The translations under genes were made by a program, and so were the position numbers. A stretch of 63,648 nucleotides of DNA, counting the filler, from Alloascoidea hylecoeti (Eukaryota): assembly GCA_001600815.1 (NCBI GenBank). It is 4 parts of 4 records of this genome, joined end to end, with 100 filler letters (N's around TTAATTAATTAA, not from the genome) between each part and the next. Parts side by side here need not be neighbours in the genome. Positions count along the whole stretch, not along the records: positions 45,177 to 56,208 come from BCKZ01000021.1; positions 56,309 to 63,648 come from BCKZ01000026.1; 2 more parts are not named here. One strand, written 5' to 3'. The first letter of the stretch is position 1. Each line of letters starts with the position of its first letter. Shown here in pieces: positions 49,108 through 60,209 of the stretch. The notes beneath the pieces were generated by a model. It had not been told where the DNA came from. It worked only from the letters and a program-made list of their open reading frames with translations, and did not search any database.

Positions 49108-49669
49108 GACTAAAAATTTGTAAAGGGGATGGATTCAATTGTTAGTTTGNATGATGGTAAGAAGATGTAGAATCATCTTTATTGTACGCACTTTGGGTTG
49201 AAGTTAAGAGCGATCGATTGAAAATGATAAGAGAGAGTTAAAGTATCTGAAGATTTTAGAAGGTAAAAAGTGTTTCTGACAGATGTTAAATGGAAGAAGA
49301 AAGAAACATAACAAGGGATGAGTGCTTAAATAGTCGTATAGCTACTCCATTAGAATACTCTAGTCACGTGATGATTACTCTGTTATCGATATATGCATAT
49401 TCATGTGCAATAAGATTTATATATAAAATACGTCGTTTATCACTTTAGTTTAAAATATATAGATCACAAATATTTAATAAATGATAAAATGTTTTACTTA
49501 TAAATATCGACTATTCACTCTTTTTATAATTGTGAAAGCATCCTGCTATAACTAATAACAACAATTCATATCCGAAACCAACTTTCATAAACATTTNGTT
49601 GAAGTAACTCGTCCATCTACTGCAAAACTAGTCAAATCGTCTCCTGCACCAAAAAATCAGCTAATAAAG

Positions 49670-50485
49670 ATGAAAGACTCTTCGTTTTTACTTTCTGCTA
49701 AAAATGTTAGCTACAGAGAACCAAATTCTAACCATATGAATATTAAAACAATGCACCCGGCTTCAGAACTGGAGTCAAATCATCATGCTCAACCCATGCA
49801 AAATTTAAAGGTTAAAGAGGGAACTTTAAGTTTAGAATGGTATAAATCTAAAAACTCTTTACTCTCTCCAAAGCTTTCAAATTTATTAAAATTGGAGTCT
49901 AGGCCTAGAACTACTTCTCGAATTACAAAAGGCATGATAGGTNGACCGATCTTAGAAACTAGTACAATTGAGTTACAAAGACCTTCATTTTCAGTTTACA
50001 GTCCCGATTCTCCATCTGCACATCAAAATAGACACAAAAAGTTAAGTAATATGACTTCTAAAGAAGAATATCCTACTTCTGGATTCAAAAGAAAGCTTTT
50101 TAAACATCTAGACAAAAATATCTTAAATCATGGTTCTAGTCGAAAATCTCCTTCTAGGTTACCAAAAGTTGACACCAATGTAACACCATTGAATGTTACA
50201 AAAGCAATATCGGCTATATCTCAAACACAGGCTTCTTATAAGAAGACAGATCATCGATCCCAAGATCAGGTATATTCTCATAAAGGCGAAGAAAATAATC
50301 CCCCAGTCTGGGTACANCAAGAAACTCAATCGCAAGCAAATCCAATTTGCTTTNAAGATCTCGGAGTAAGTTATAATACAACAAGGCCATTAGGTCAGTA
50401 TGATCCACCTGGTTTTGGGCCAAAAACCCTAAAGGAAATATCATCTAAAAATGATCTTATAGATATTTTGCTTTCTAGAAGGTAA
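49670..50485 (+). CDS. Hypothetical basic Ser/Pro-rich protein
   Basis: 271-codon ORF, frame open from 49559. No family recognised. Confidence 0.5.
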   Translation: MKDSSFLLSAKNVSYREPNSNHMNIKTMHPASELESNHHAQPMQNLKVKEGTLSLEWYKSKNSLLSPKLSNLLKLESRPRTTSRITKGMIGXPILETSTIELQRPSFSVYSPDSPSAHQNRHKKLSNMTSKEEYPTSGFKRKLFKHLDKNILNHGSSRKSPSRLPKVDTNVTPLNVTKAISAISQTQASYKKTDHRSQDQVYSHKGEENNPPVWVXQETQSQANPICFXDLGVSYNTTRPLGQYDPPGFGPKTLKEISSKNDLIDILLSRR

Positions 50486-50739
50486 AATCANTAAATCAAT
50501 ATTTATAGTACAAGTAATATAGTACTTGTTATACCAAGAAAACTTACAAGTTTCCTATGTAACTTTATATGTAAATTATTGGAACTTTTACTTCTGCTAC
50601 TCTTTCCACAGATTTTCTCTTCAGCCATAGTCATCATAGTCTTTGGTTAAAATGATAATTTGCTTAGACATAGTTTCCTCCATTGGATTTACCCTTGGAA
50701 TTGGGTTTAAGGTAGATGCGACAGGAGATTATATTCGAT

Positions 50740-51020
50740 GTTTAGTTTGTCAATATTTTTTGTTTCTCGTCCATTAAAACCAGGAAAGTGGAATTAGTTT
50801 CTAGTGGGCGGAATTATTTAATCTATAAGTATACTTATTTATATAATTTATCACGGCAATATATGAAAGAGTATCTTTTGAAACATCATAATTATCAGGT
50901 ATTGAAATCGTCTCAACGTGGCAAATTGGCAATGCATATGCGTATTTCATTATTGTTGTTTCTACATGCATCCTTATGCATTAATAAGCGCAGCTCATGT
51001 GTCAAAATTAAGCTTTCAAA
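50740..51020 (+). mobile_element. Possible Mutator-like transposase N-terminal relic
   Basis: MKEYLLKHHNYQVLKS followed by a frameshifted CVFHYCCFYMH. Resembles the 18241-18720 relic. Confidence 0.3.
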
Positions 51021-51597
51021 ATAATATAAGCTTATTTATTCACAAAAAAAATTAGCAATAAACAAAATTTAAACCTTTTACAATTATAGTGACAAATTCC
51101 TCCTCAATTTATCAAAATTAATAATATATATTTAAAACTCCTTTACAAAAATATTATACAAATGAGCCAATAAAAATCTTTTTGAACAAAAAATATAACA
51201 TTATACCTCTATTATAGTTTCATGTTATAGTTAGTCTTTTTAATAAAGAATATAGATGTAATTCAGTAAAGAACAACCTGTGAAGTGGATTCTGTTCTCC
51301 TTTTATCTTGTTTCTAATTAGCTAATTTATTATATAACTATTTAATGTGTAGTAAGTTTAAGCAAAAGCAGCTATTACTATTAAGGAAAGTTCTGGCGAA
51401 CGTCACCTATAATTTCAATACCCAGATGGAATAAAAAGAGTTAACCGGAATATATGTAAAAAGAATGTAATAATAACTAGATGTAATAATGAATTATCAA
51501 TCTACAGTTGTTAGATTGAGAAAAAAAGGCAGGCATAAAAATTTATTAGCATTTAATGAAGATGAGCTTTATTCAAAAGCACGAGTTGGTGAAACAA

Positions 51598-52668
51598 TCA
51601 AATAACGGTTTCATTTTGAGTTTTCGCAGTATCCTGGAGATTGTCCAGCAATGTATAAGTATCTCTTGCAATAGTACTGTTGTAGAGGATAGCATCTAAA
51701 GCTTCTCGACCTTTCGGATAGTCCGAATGTCTTTTGTACAAAGCATTGTCTGATAAGGAGGCACCAGCCTGGAAGACATTAATCGTGGCAACAGCACCGT
51801 CTACAGCAGCCATAACGCAGAATTCAGCACCACCAGCACCAATAGCCATTGGTTGAGCTCCACGACCTGTTTTCGCGGATGGGTTCAGTGGATCAATCAA
51901 ACAAGGACCACCGAAGCATTTTGAAGGATCATCACAGGTGATGCTGATACCGAAATCAGGCATCTCATCCCTAAATGGGGTTTCAGGTTCAATATAAATA
52001 GGATTCCAGCCGACCATCATGAAAGTAGTACCATATTTATCCATATTTCCACCAGCAATATATGGAGACCAATTACCAATTGGAGTCTTTCTTGTACCCC
52101 AAACACAGGCATCTGTTGCATTGTAACCAGGTGGGTTGACAAAGTAATGGCTAGCGGTTTCTGCCCAGTATGAATCGTCGGGAACAGCCAATGTAGTATT
52201 GGGTGAGTGACCTTCAACTGATGTTGGAATCAACATTGCCTCATTACCTGGCAAAACAGTTTGACAAAAGGCAACAACATCCTCTAATCGATTGCTAACT
52301 TCAAGAGTGCCAACACCATCAACGCAAAATGGCCTGTCTGGGAAAGGAATTTCCAGCTCACCATCAGAGTTACAATACAAACCTCCATATTGTGATTCGG
52401 GATAGGTATAAGTTGTAACTTCTGGGTCCCATTGGGNCATTAATTGACCTGGCGGGCATGCATAAGGGCACCAGCTATCAGCATGGCAAGATCTATCAGG
52501 AGAGATTGCCCAACCACCATTTAACTCGTCGGGAGTGACAGCGGTAAGATTTTCATTTTTTGGAAATTTGCAAGTAATTCTTCTTTTATCATAGCTCTTT
52601 ATATGAATAGCCGAGCATTCATACATAACTAAGACCAAAAGACTAGCTGCAACAAGAATAGAATACAT
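51598..52668 (-). CDS. SUN-family secreted beta-glucosidase-like protein (YMR244W/Adg3 type)
   Basis: Signal peptide, GGWAISPD..C...WCPYACPPG, FCQTVLPGNEAMLIPT and GNWSPY motifs. Confidence 0.92.
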   Translation of the reverse strand: MYSILVAASLLVLVMYECSAIHIKSYDKRRITCKFPKNENLTAVTPDELNGGWAISPDRSCHADSWCPYACPPGQLMXQWDPEVTTYTYPESQYGGLYCNSDGELEIPFPDRPFCVDGVGTLEVSNRLEDVVAFCQTVLPGNEAMLIPTSVEGHSPNTTLAVPDDSYWAETASHYFVNPPGYNATDACVWGTRKTPIGNWSPYIAGGNMDKYGTTFMMVGWNPIYIEPETPFRDEMPDFGISITCDDPSKCFGGPCLIDPLNPSAKTGRGAQPMAIGAGGAEFCVMAAVDGAVATINVFQAGASLSDNALYKRHSDYPKGREALDAILYNSTIARDTYTLLDNLQDTAKTQNETVI

Positions 52669-54519
52669 TATTAAAAAAGTTAACTAAATAAAAGTTATAT
52701 TGAAAGGATAGTAATCTTCTGCTAATTGAAAATATTATATAAAAATCAAGGGAGTATATGGTACCGCTTTATATAAAAAATATATATATCATTAATCTAC
52801 ATTGGATTGCTTTTTTCTTTCTTTTTTTACCTCTTGAATAGATCTGATATGAACTTAAAATTACTTCTCATCTAGAAGACAAACTCATATGTATAAACTT
52901 CTTAATTTTAAACTTTATCATAACATTTTTGAAAAATGTCGTACTTATGGTTCTTTCATCGTCCACTTTCTGTCAAAGAGATGGGCTAATTTTAGGAGTC
53001 TTTCTCCTTTTATTTTTCTGCTTAACTCTATATACCAAAAGGTTTGTGATTTTGAACGATCATGGGTACCTAAGGATATTTTGCATATAGTAACCGATAT
53101 TATCTAGTAATGCACATCATGTTTACTTTGAGGACGCTTGGAAAATATTTGGTTAGTATTTAATTTTAATAGGACAAATCTAGATTTTGATCAATTTCCA
53201 TAATAGTATATAGCTATCTCCTTTTGGATATGTAATACAGTATGGAATACTATATTCGAATGTGTCCTATAGGCATATATTATATATATTATCCAATTTT
53301 ATTTAGACTCTTAATTATATATATAGGCTTACAATTGCAATATAACACTACTTACAAGTATCTAAATGGTTTATGATTATAATATTTATAGTAAATAATA
53401 AGATTTTCGATAATAAAATATATATACGGGTATTGTCTACAGCTATAAATTGATATAGCTATTNGAATATATCCTTGACGAGTACGTGCATACAACCACT
53501 TTCAACATTCAAAAGTTATCATAAGTACTAAGATCTTAGAATTATAGTGTAAAAATGGAATTCGAATCTGTAAATATAATTATTATTTATAGATACCATA
53601 TAGAGTTTTTGTTTTGAAAACATCTCAATTCATTATTACCTCTAGGCTGTACTCGAAAGTAGGCACAACAAATCTAGTTTTAGCTTGAAAAAGGTAGGGA
53701 GAAAATAGTATTTATTTAAGGTGAAAAATCAAGTTTAAGTTTATATTTGGATGCAGTTACAAGTGCTAGTGCTACAAACCGCATATATAGTATTAGAGGA
53801 CTATACACATATTTGTTTGCCAGAACATATATTGTTTAAGAGTCGAGACTTATGCAATCCTCGAAATGATTTTNATAATAATATTAGTATAGACTTCATA
53901 AGCATGCTGATCGTAGAATTATTGTAGAATCGATTGACGGATCATGTAATGAGTCCATTTCCTCGGTTTAATATACATATATTATTGAGATAATAAATAC
54001 TTTCAATTAATAGTCACTACAGATTACCTAAGCCATATATCTATAAAAGATGACACTATAACCCGTATACCCGTATCATAGAGGAGTTATTAGAGTAGGA
54101 AAGCACAGCTATCGGTAAATCTCTACACCTCGAATTAGGGTTAGCAATTAGACTTAGAAGTACTGATTTCAAGCTTTCCAGTACAAGTAAGGTACGATAA
54201 TTGTAATTTTATAGTTACTATTAACTTAGTAGGCAAACATCCGGTTCCTATCCGATGGTATCCTAAATAAAGGAACGTCATAGAGCCTGGATAACATCGC
54301 GTGACACTCATAGTCCATAGCTATATCTGTAGCTAGATATCTGTAGCTAGATATAGCTAATTGGAGTATTTCTTTTTTCACAGGCCTCTCGTAATCAACG
54401 GCAGCTGGCAGCTGCACAAGGTAATGTGAAGAAGGAGCGGAAAATAAAACCTCCAAAAATTGGACGCGTAAACTTACTTTATTTATAATCCACCATTATA
54501 CCATCCCAAAGAAGAACTT

Positions 54520-55590
54520 TAATTCGGAGTGGTAAAGGGACAAGTTTGAGATTACATTGTTTAGGAGCAGTTGAATATCTCGCAACAAAATTGCAAAATA
54601 CTTCATCGTTCCCAGATCTTCCCTAAGGAGTAGGTTATATAAAACTCCTTCAATCGAATAGTTTAATACAAAACAAAAACTTTCGGTGTTTCATGATGAT
54701 GAGATATTAGAGAACACTCAGGAAATGATTAAAAGAAGCTATGTAATATTCATCACCTAAATATCTCAGANATGAGNAGAGGAAAAATGATTCGCTACGT
54801 ACTCAAAAAGTGGCTATATTAATACCAATTTGATTATTGAATAGATCAAAAACTGCTTTCCCCCAAGAAAAAGATAAAAGAACCCTCCTCATCTCAGATG
54901 GTCATGCATGGATAGACGCTTGAAAATANAAATAAAANAGACACCTGCAAGAAAGACATAATACATTTGCGTATTCTTNTTGAGATATCACAAGTTCTTG
55001 ACGTTTGCTTCTCCCCATTGAAAAGATATTGACATCGAGCAACTCAGGAATTTTACTCAAAAGAATCGAAATCACGTAGAGTCCAAAATGATGATTTTGT
55101 TGGTATTTATAGAACAAGAAAATTAGTAAGATAAATAAACATCTGGTTTTAGATCGACGGGTATATATCCAGCCGTCGGTTCCCCTTACAGGATAAGGAA
55201 AACATTCTAGATGAAAATAAAAAGTACTTAGANGATGAATTGCTATTTAATAACGTCACACATGAAGAAAACTGTAGCTAATNAGNGAGTGTGTGATGTC
55301 AGCATAAAAGATGAGGCAACTAAGTTACTTACGGAGGAGGTGAACATGAATAGGAGGAACTTTACTCACTTATCNGATCACAACCCAATCAGTGATTAAA
55401 TATGACAAAGCGCTCGGAAAGGTACTTAACTGGNGTAGTTACAATCGNCGCAATTGTTCCTTGTATTACAGAAATGATTAAAGAAATAAAATCAATTTCA
55501 AGGGAAAAAAGCTCATCAGTGAAGCTACGAGAATAGTTGCAATAATAGAGCAGTTGGATAACCCATTATCTAGTCCTCCACTTGACGATT
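54520..55590 (+). mobile_element. Second degenerate pogo/Fot1 transposase relic, internally deleted
   Basis: 54661-54726 matches the minus strand near 13075-13000. Broken frames read YSKSGYINTNLIIE, TLLISDGHAW (54882-54911) and QVLDVC. Confidence 0.7.
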
Positions 55591-56208
55591 TATAAATTTA
55601 CATATACATAGGTTTATATAATTTATACTACAGTATATATAAAGCTCATATTTTCTTTCGATAAATGTGTACATGTTTTGATTTTTGATTTTCCCTTAAC
55701 AAAGGTGGGTTCCCTCGCAAGAGAACCTCCAAATAAATCGATAATGTATACAGTATATAATTACTACTGGAAAATAAATTCACATCAATTCTATTCTAGA
55801 AAACGATGTAGTTGCAATTGTAGTTATCAATTCAGTACGTGTATGTTTAACCATATGCATAGTTAACTGCAATACGNTCCGGAAGCATAATAAATTTTCC
55901 AGTTTGGGTAATTTTTGGATTCATACAGAACCATACTAAAGTTTGGGATATAAAGAGCNTCTAAAGAAGTTTCTGAATTTTATATTATCGTTAACTTCAG
56001 TTTAATTTTGTGTAAGTATGAGGAGAAACATCAATCAAATTCATCACAGGCGGAAATGAGCAATATATTTTACAATTACAATTGCAATACGTATATGACA
56101 TATTCATTTCATAAATAAATGAGCCCTAATCCAATTTTTCGAATTCTTTTTCCTACAAGAATCCTATGTAATAAATTCAAAATTATAGTAGGTAGTAGTT
56201 ACCCAGGC

Positions 56209-56308
56209 NNNNNNNNNNNNNNNNNNNNNNNNNNNNNNNNNNNNNNNNNNNNTTAATTAATTAANNNNNNNNNNNNNNNNNNNNNNNNNNNNNNNNNNNN
56301 NNNNNNNN
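56209..56308. other. Artificial contig linker
   Basis: N44-TTAATTAATTAA-N44. Confidence 0.95.
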
Positions 56309-56412
56309 AATACTAATTATCTTATTTTAGTTGTTAACTAAATTTCGGCCAAAACAAACTTTAAATTCGTGGTTGTGTTAAGAATCTGTTTTTCTGAGAT
56401 ACTTCTCATACA
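56309..56412 (-). repeat. Start of 3' LTR of gypsy family B (cut by linker), preceded by PPT at 56413-56424
   Basis: AAAAGGGAGGAG|TGTATGAGAAGTATCTCAG on the minus strand. Similar to 62770-62871. Confidence 0.8.
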
Positions 56413-56422
56413 CTCCTCCCTT

Positions 56423-57938
56423 TTAAACTAAGACGTCCTCGTCTTGTCCTCCTCTCTCAATCTGCTGCCTAAGGAACTTGTCATAGTACTCTGTCTTCAA
56501 ACTATTCTTCACTGCTGTTGGTGCCATTTCAGATTCTCTATATGTTAGCTCTGATGAGGTGTTGGGGTCACAATCTTTCCATTTTACTGTATAAATTCTG
56601 TTGAAGTCGTTATGGTCTATTATCTGTTCTATCTCTTTAATTCTTTCTTTTACTTCTCGTCCTGATCTGGGTGGAAATTTGGTGTAATTTTCTTCGTTGG
56701 TGTACTCTTTCAACCACTTTATATTTATATTTCGCCATCTGTTCTTTACCGTCCTAAAGTCAATTTGGTANGTATTTTTNTTCATAACATTGGTGATNTC
56801 ATAAGGGCCTATATAAATTGGTTGCAATTTCTTCTCTAACGCCGCAATTCCTTTGTTCTTTCTATCGATCAGTACCCACTGTCCTTTCTTGTATATGTTG
56901 TCGCGCCTTTTCCTATTAGTTTGGTCTTCTTGTTCGCGCTGTGCCTCCGCCATATTATCTCTAATTCGTTGTAAGATTGCCTTGATCTTTTCTACTTTCT
57001 CCTCAGCTGTCTTTGATTTTCTGGTTAAACTTACTGGTCCTAAATTTCTCGGGTCTGCTGGTTCGTAACCTAATTCTGCCATGAATGGTGAACAATTTAT
57101 TGATTTCTGNTGACTACTGTTGTAAGCAAATTCTAAAATTGGTAAATATTCTTCCCAATCGTCATTTTCCTTATTCACATATGTCCTAAGTAATTGATTC
57201 AATATCTTGTTAAGTCTCTCCGTTTGACCATCTGTATCCGGGTGGTTCACTGTCGAAAAATCTAACTCTGTTCCTAGCAAATCATGCAATGTCTTCCAAA
57301 AGGCTCCTAGAAATCTTATGTCTTTATCTGAAATTATACTTTTTTGGTGTACCATGTAAGCGAAAAATCTGTTCTACAAACAATTTTGCCGCTCCCTCCC
57401 CCGTTAATTCTTTGCTTGTAGCAATAAAATGTCCCCGTTTTGTAAGTCTATCAATAACCACATATATCGCATTATGCCCCTGTTTATTCTTTGGTATACC
57501 TGTAACAAAATCCATTGATATTTGCTCCCATCTTTCCTTAGGTATCGGTAAAGGCATAAGTAGTCCTTGAGTCGCTCGGGTTGTTGTCTTAACGGTCTGG
57601 CAAGTATAACACCTATTAACATATTTCTTAATCTGTTTAAACATATTTTTCCAATAATATTTCTTAGCTAATAAAAGGTACGTCTTATAGTACCCAAAAT
57701 GTCCACTCGTTGGAACATCATGTCCTATCTTTATAATCTTCAATCTTAACTGCCCATTAGGTGTATCTGGCACACAAATTCTATCATCATCGCTATCCCC
57801 AACTGTTGTACTAAAATATAATAATCCGTTGTCTATGGAATAGTGTTTGATATAGGCATTCATTTTCTTTGGCACAGGTTTCTTCTGTTCCAATATTTCA
57901 TAAATCTCACTAAAGTCTTTATCTTGTTCGTAATTGTT
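56423..57938 (-). mobile_element. Gypsy family B integrase with GPY motif and chromodomain-like tail (frameshift near 57340)
   Basis: HHCC, MDFV, SDKD, TER, IGPY and IEQIIDH..YTVKWKD. Confidence 0.9.
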
Positions 57939-58357
57939 GGGTTATGGGCTCATCAGTGGCGATGTCCTTGAATTGTTTCGGAGGCATAGTTGGTAATAAA
58001 TTTATATTATAAAGAACGTGTGTTTTTCTAAAACTAAATAATGTGGCAACTCGCTAATATATAAGGGAAATGAAGATCTTCATAAATATCACCCCATATA
58101 TATGAAACTATGTAATAACAAAAACTATTCTAATTTAATTATATAACTATATATCCAATATTTTGGTGTTAGTGAAGAAGGAGTATTGGGTTTACTAGAA
58201 GATCTATATTATTTTTGATGGGTAAAATAAATTACGTATATATAGAGTAGATGATTTCCACTTATAATAAGATGACTGAGAATAGATTAATAATTTTCCT
58301 ATAACGCTTTAAAATCGCTTACACAACAATGAGCTTAGAACTTTATATTAAACAATT

Positions 58358-60209
58358 AAATGGAACTATGCAAGAGTTTGTGAAGCTCAAGGAGGAGAAG
58401 GAACAAAACACAAAAAACAAAAAAAAGTATGAAAACTATAAAAAACAAAAAAAATGATAAAAAGAATAAAAGACCCACAATGGTTAGTGGAGAAAAAACA
58501 ATTAATTTAGAAAAGAAAGCAGATGCCATTTTAGAAGAAGAATCAGAACCCAGAGAAGAGGGCCTGATTATAAAGAAAAATATGGCAAGAAAATTTGTAT
58601 TGAGAAATAATGTATGTGATTTTAACAGTATGAAGAATATAAAACCAAGTGTTGTTGTATCTAGAGAAATAATAGAAGAGCCAAAAGAAAATAAGAATTT
58701 AAGTAAAGAAGTTAAGAATAATAATAAAGTATTGAAAGTTTTTAAAACTTTAACCAGATTATTCACTAATCTTAGAACCTGTGAACCCAACCTCAGGAGT
58801 AATGAACCTGAGCTAGTTAGGTGCCAAACCCTTGGAGTGGAAGAATTTTTAAAGGAAATCAGACACAGCAGTTGGGAAAGAGTGCAGCTGAAAGTTGAAG
58901 ACATAGGTCAAGGACCGTTAGAAGTGAATGAAGTAAACGAGTCAACCAAATTAGAACCAGAACTACCCAAATTCCTGAGCGGTTATGAGGATGTAGTAAG
59001 CAATATACAACCTAAAGGAGTACCGGAAAGACATCACCAGTTTTATCATAACATAGAGATAATGGAAGGGTCTAAACCACCGGCTAGGCCCCCTATAGAA
59101 TGTCATATAAAGATAATGAAGAACTACAACGACAGTTAAGAGGACTGTTGGAGAATGGGTCAATATCTAGGTCACAATCCCCATATTCGGCACCAGTGTT
59201 ATTTGTGAAGAAAAAAGATGGTAGTATGAGGTTATGTGTTGATTATAGGCTTCTAAACAATCAAACGATTAAGAATAGGTACCCTTTACCGGTAATTAAT
59301 GATTTGTTAGATCAACTAGATGGTGCTAAAGTATTCTCGAAGTTAGACTTGATGTCTGGCTATCATCAAATTGTTATAAAGGAATCAGATAGAGCGAAAA
59401 CAGGATTCACGACGAAAGATGGACATTTTGAATGGAATGTAATGCCGTTTGGGTTAACCAATGCCCCGGCCACCTTTCAGTACGTTATGAATGATGTTTT
59501 AGCAGAATTTAAAGGCAAATTTTGTTGTGATAGTATATTTAGATGACATCTTGATATACTCAAGGAACGAGAAAGAGCACGAAGAGCATGTAAAACTGGT
59601 ATTAGAGAAACTGAGAGCCAACAAACTAAGAGCGAAGAAGAAGAAATGTGCATTTATGTTGAAGGAATTAGACTTCCTAGGACATAAAATCACAAGTAAT
59701 GGGATCATGCCGGATAACAAGAAAGTAGCCACCATTAGGGAATGGCCGGTACCCAAAAGTGATAAAGAAGCACAATCATTTCTAGGACTAGCAAACTACT
59801 ATAGAAGATTTATTGCACAGTACTCGAAGATAGCAAAACCCATGATAGAATTCGCCAACAAAGCCAGAGATTGGGACGGAGAGTGCGACACAGCTTTTGA
59901 AGAATTGAAACAGAAATTGTCGTCTGAACCAGTGCTAGTAGTACCACAAATACCACAACAAGGTGATAGAGTATTTATAGTGACTACAGACGCGTGCGAT
60001 GTATCATTAGGGGCTACGCTAGAGGAAAAGACAATAGATGGAAAACTGATAGGAGTAGTGGGCTACGCTTCAAAGAAGCTACAGAAAGCAGAACTGAATT
60101 ATCCAACAAGGGAGAAAGAATTTATGGCGGTAGTGTTTGCACTGAAGGAATGGGAATATTACTTGAAAGACAACCACTTTGTGTTACAGACGGACCATAA
60201 TTCACTACA
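58358..60209 (+). mobile_element. Gypsy family B pol fragment (spacer-RT-RNase H) with frameshifts near 59095 and 59525
   Basis: [32 protein letters not shown] and TDHNSL. Ends abruptly against the opposite-strand copy. Confidence 0.92.

Noticed and set aside
49918..49962. RITKGMIGxP as a CRIB motif in ORF 49670..50485
   Set aside because: Lacks the downstream F-x-H-x-x-H residues.
54319..54360. GCTAGATATCTGTA mini-repeat/palindrome
   Set aside because: Short slippage duplication with no associated structure.
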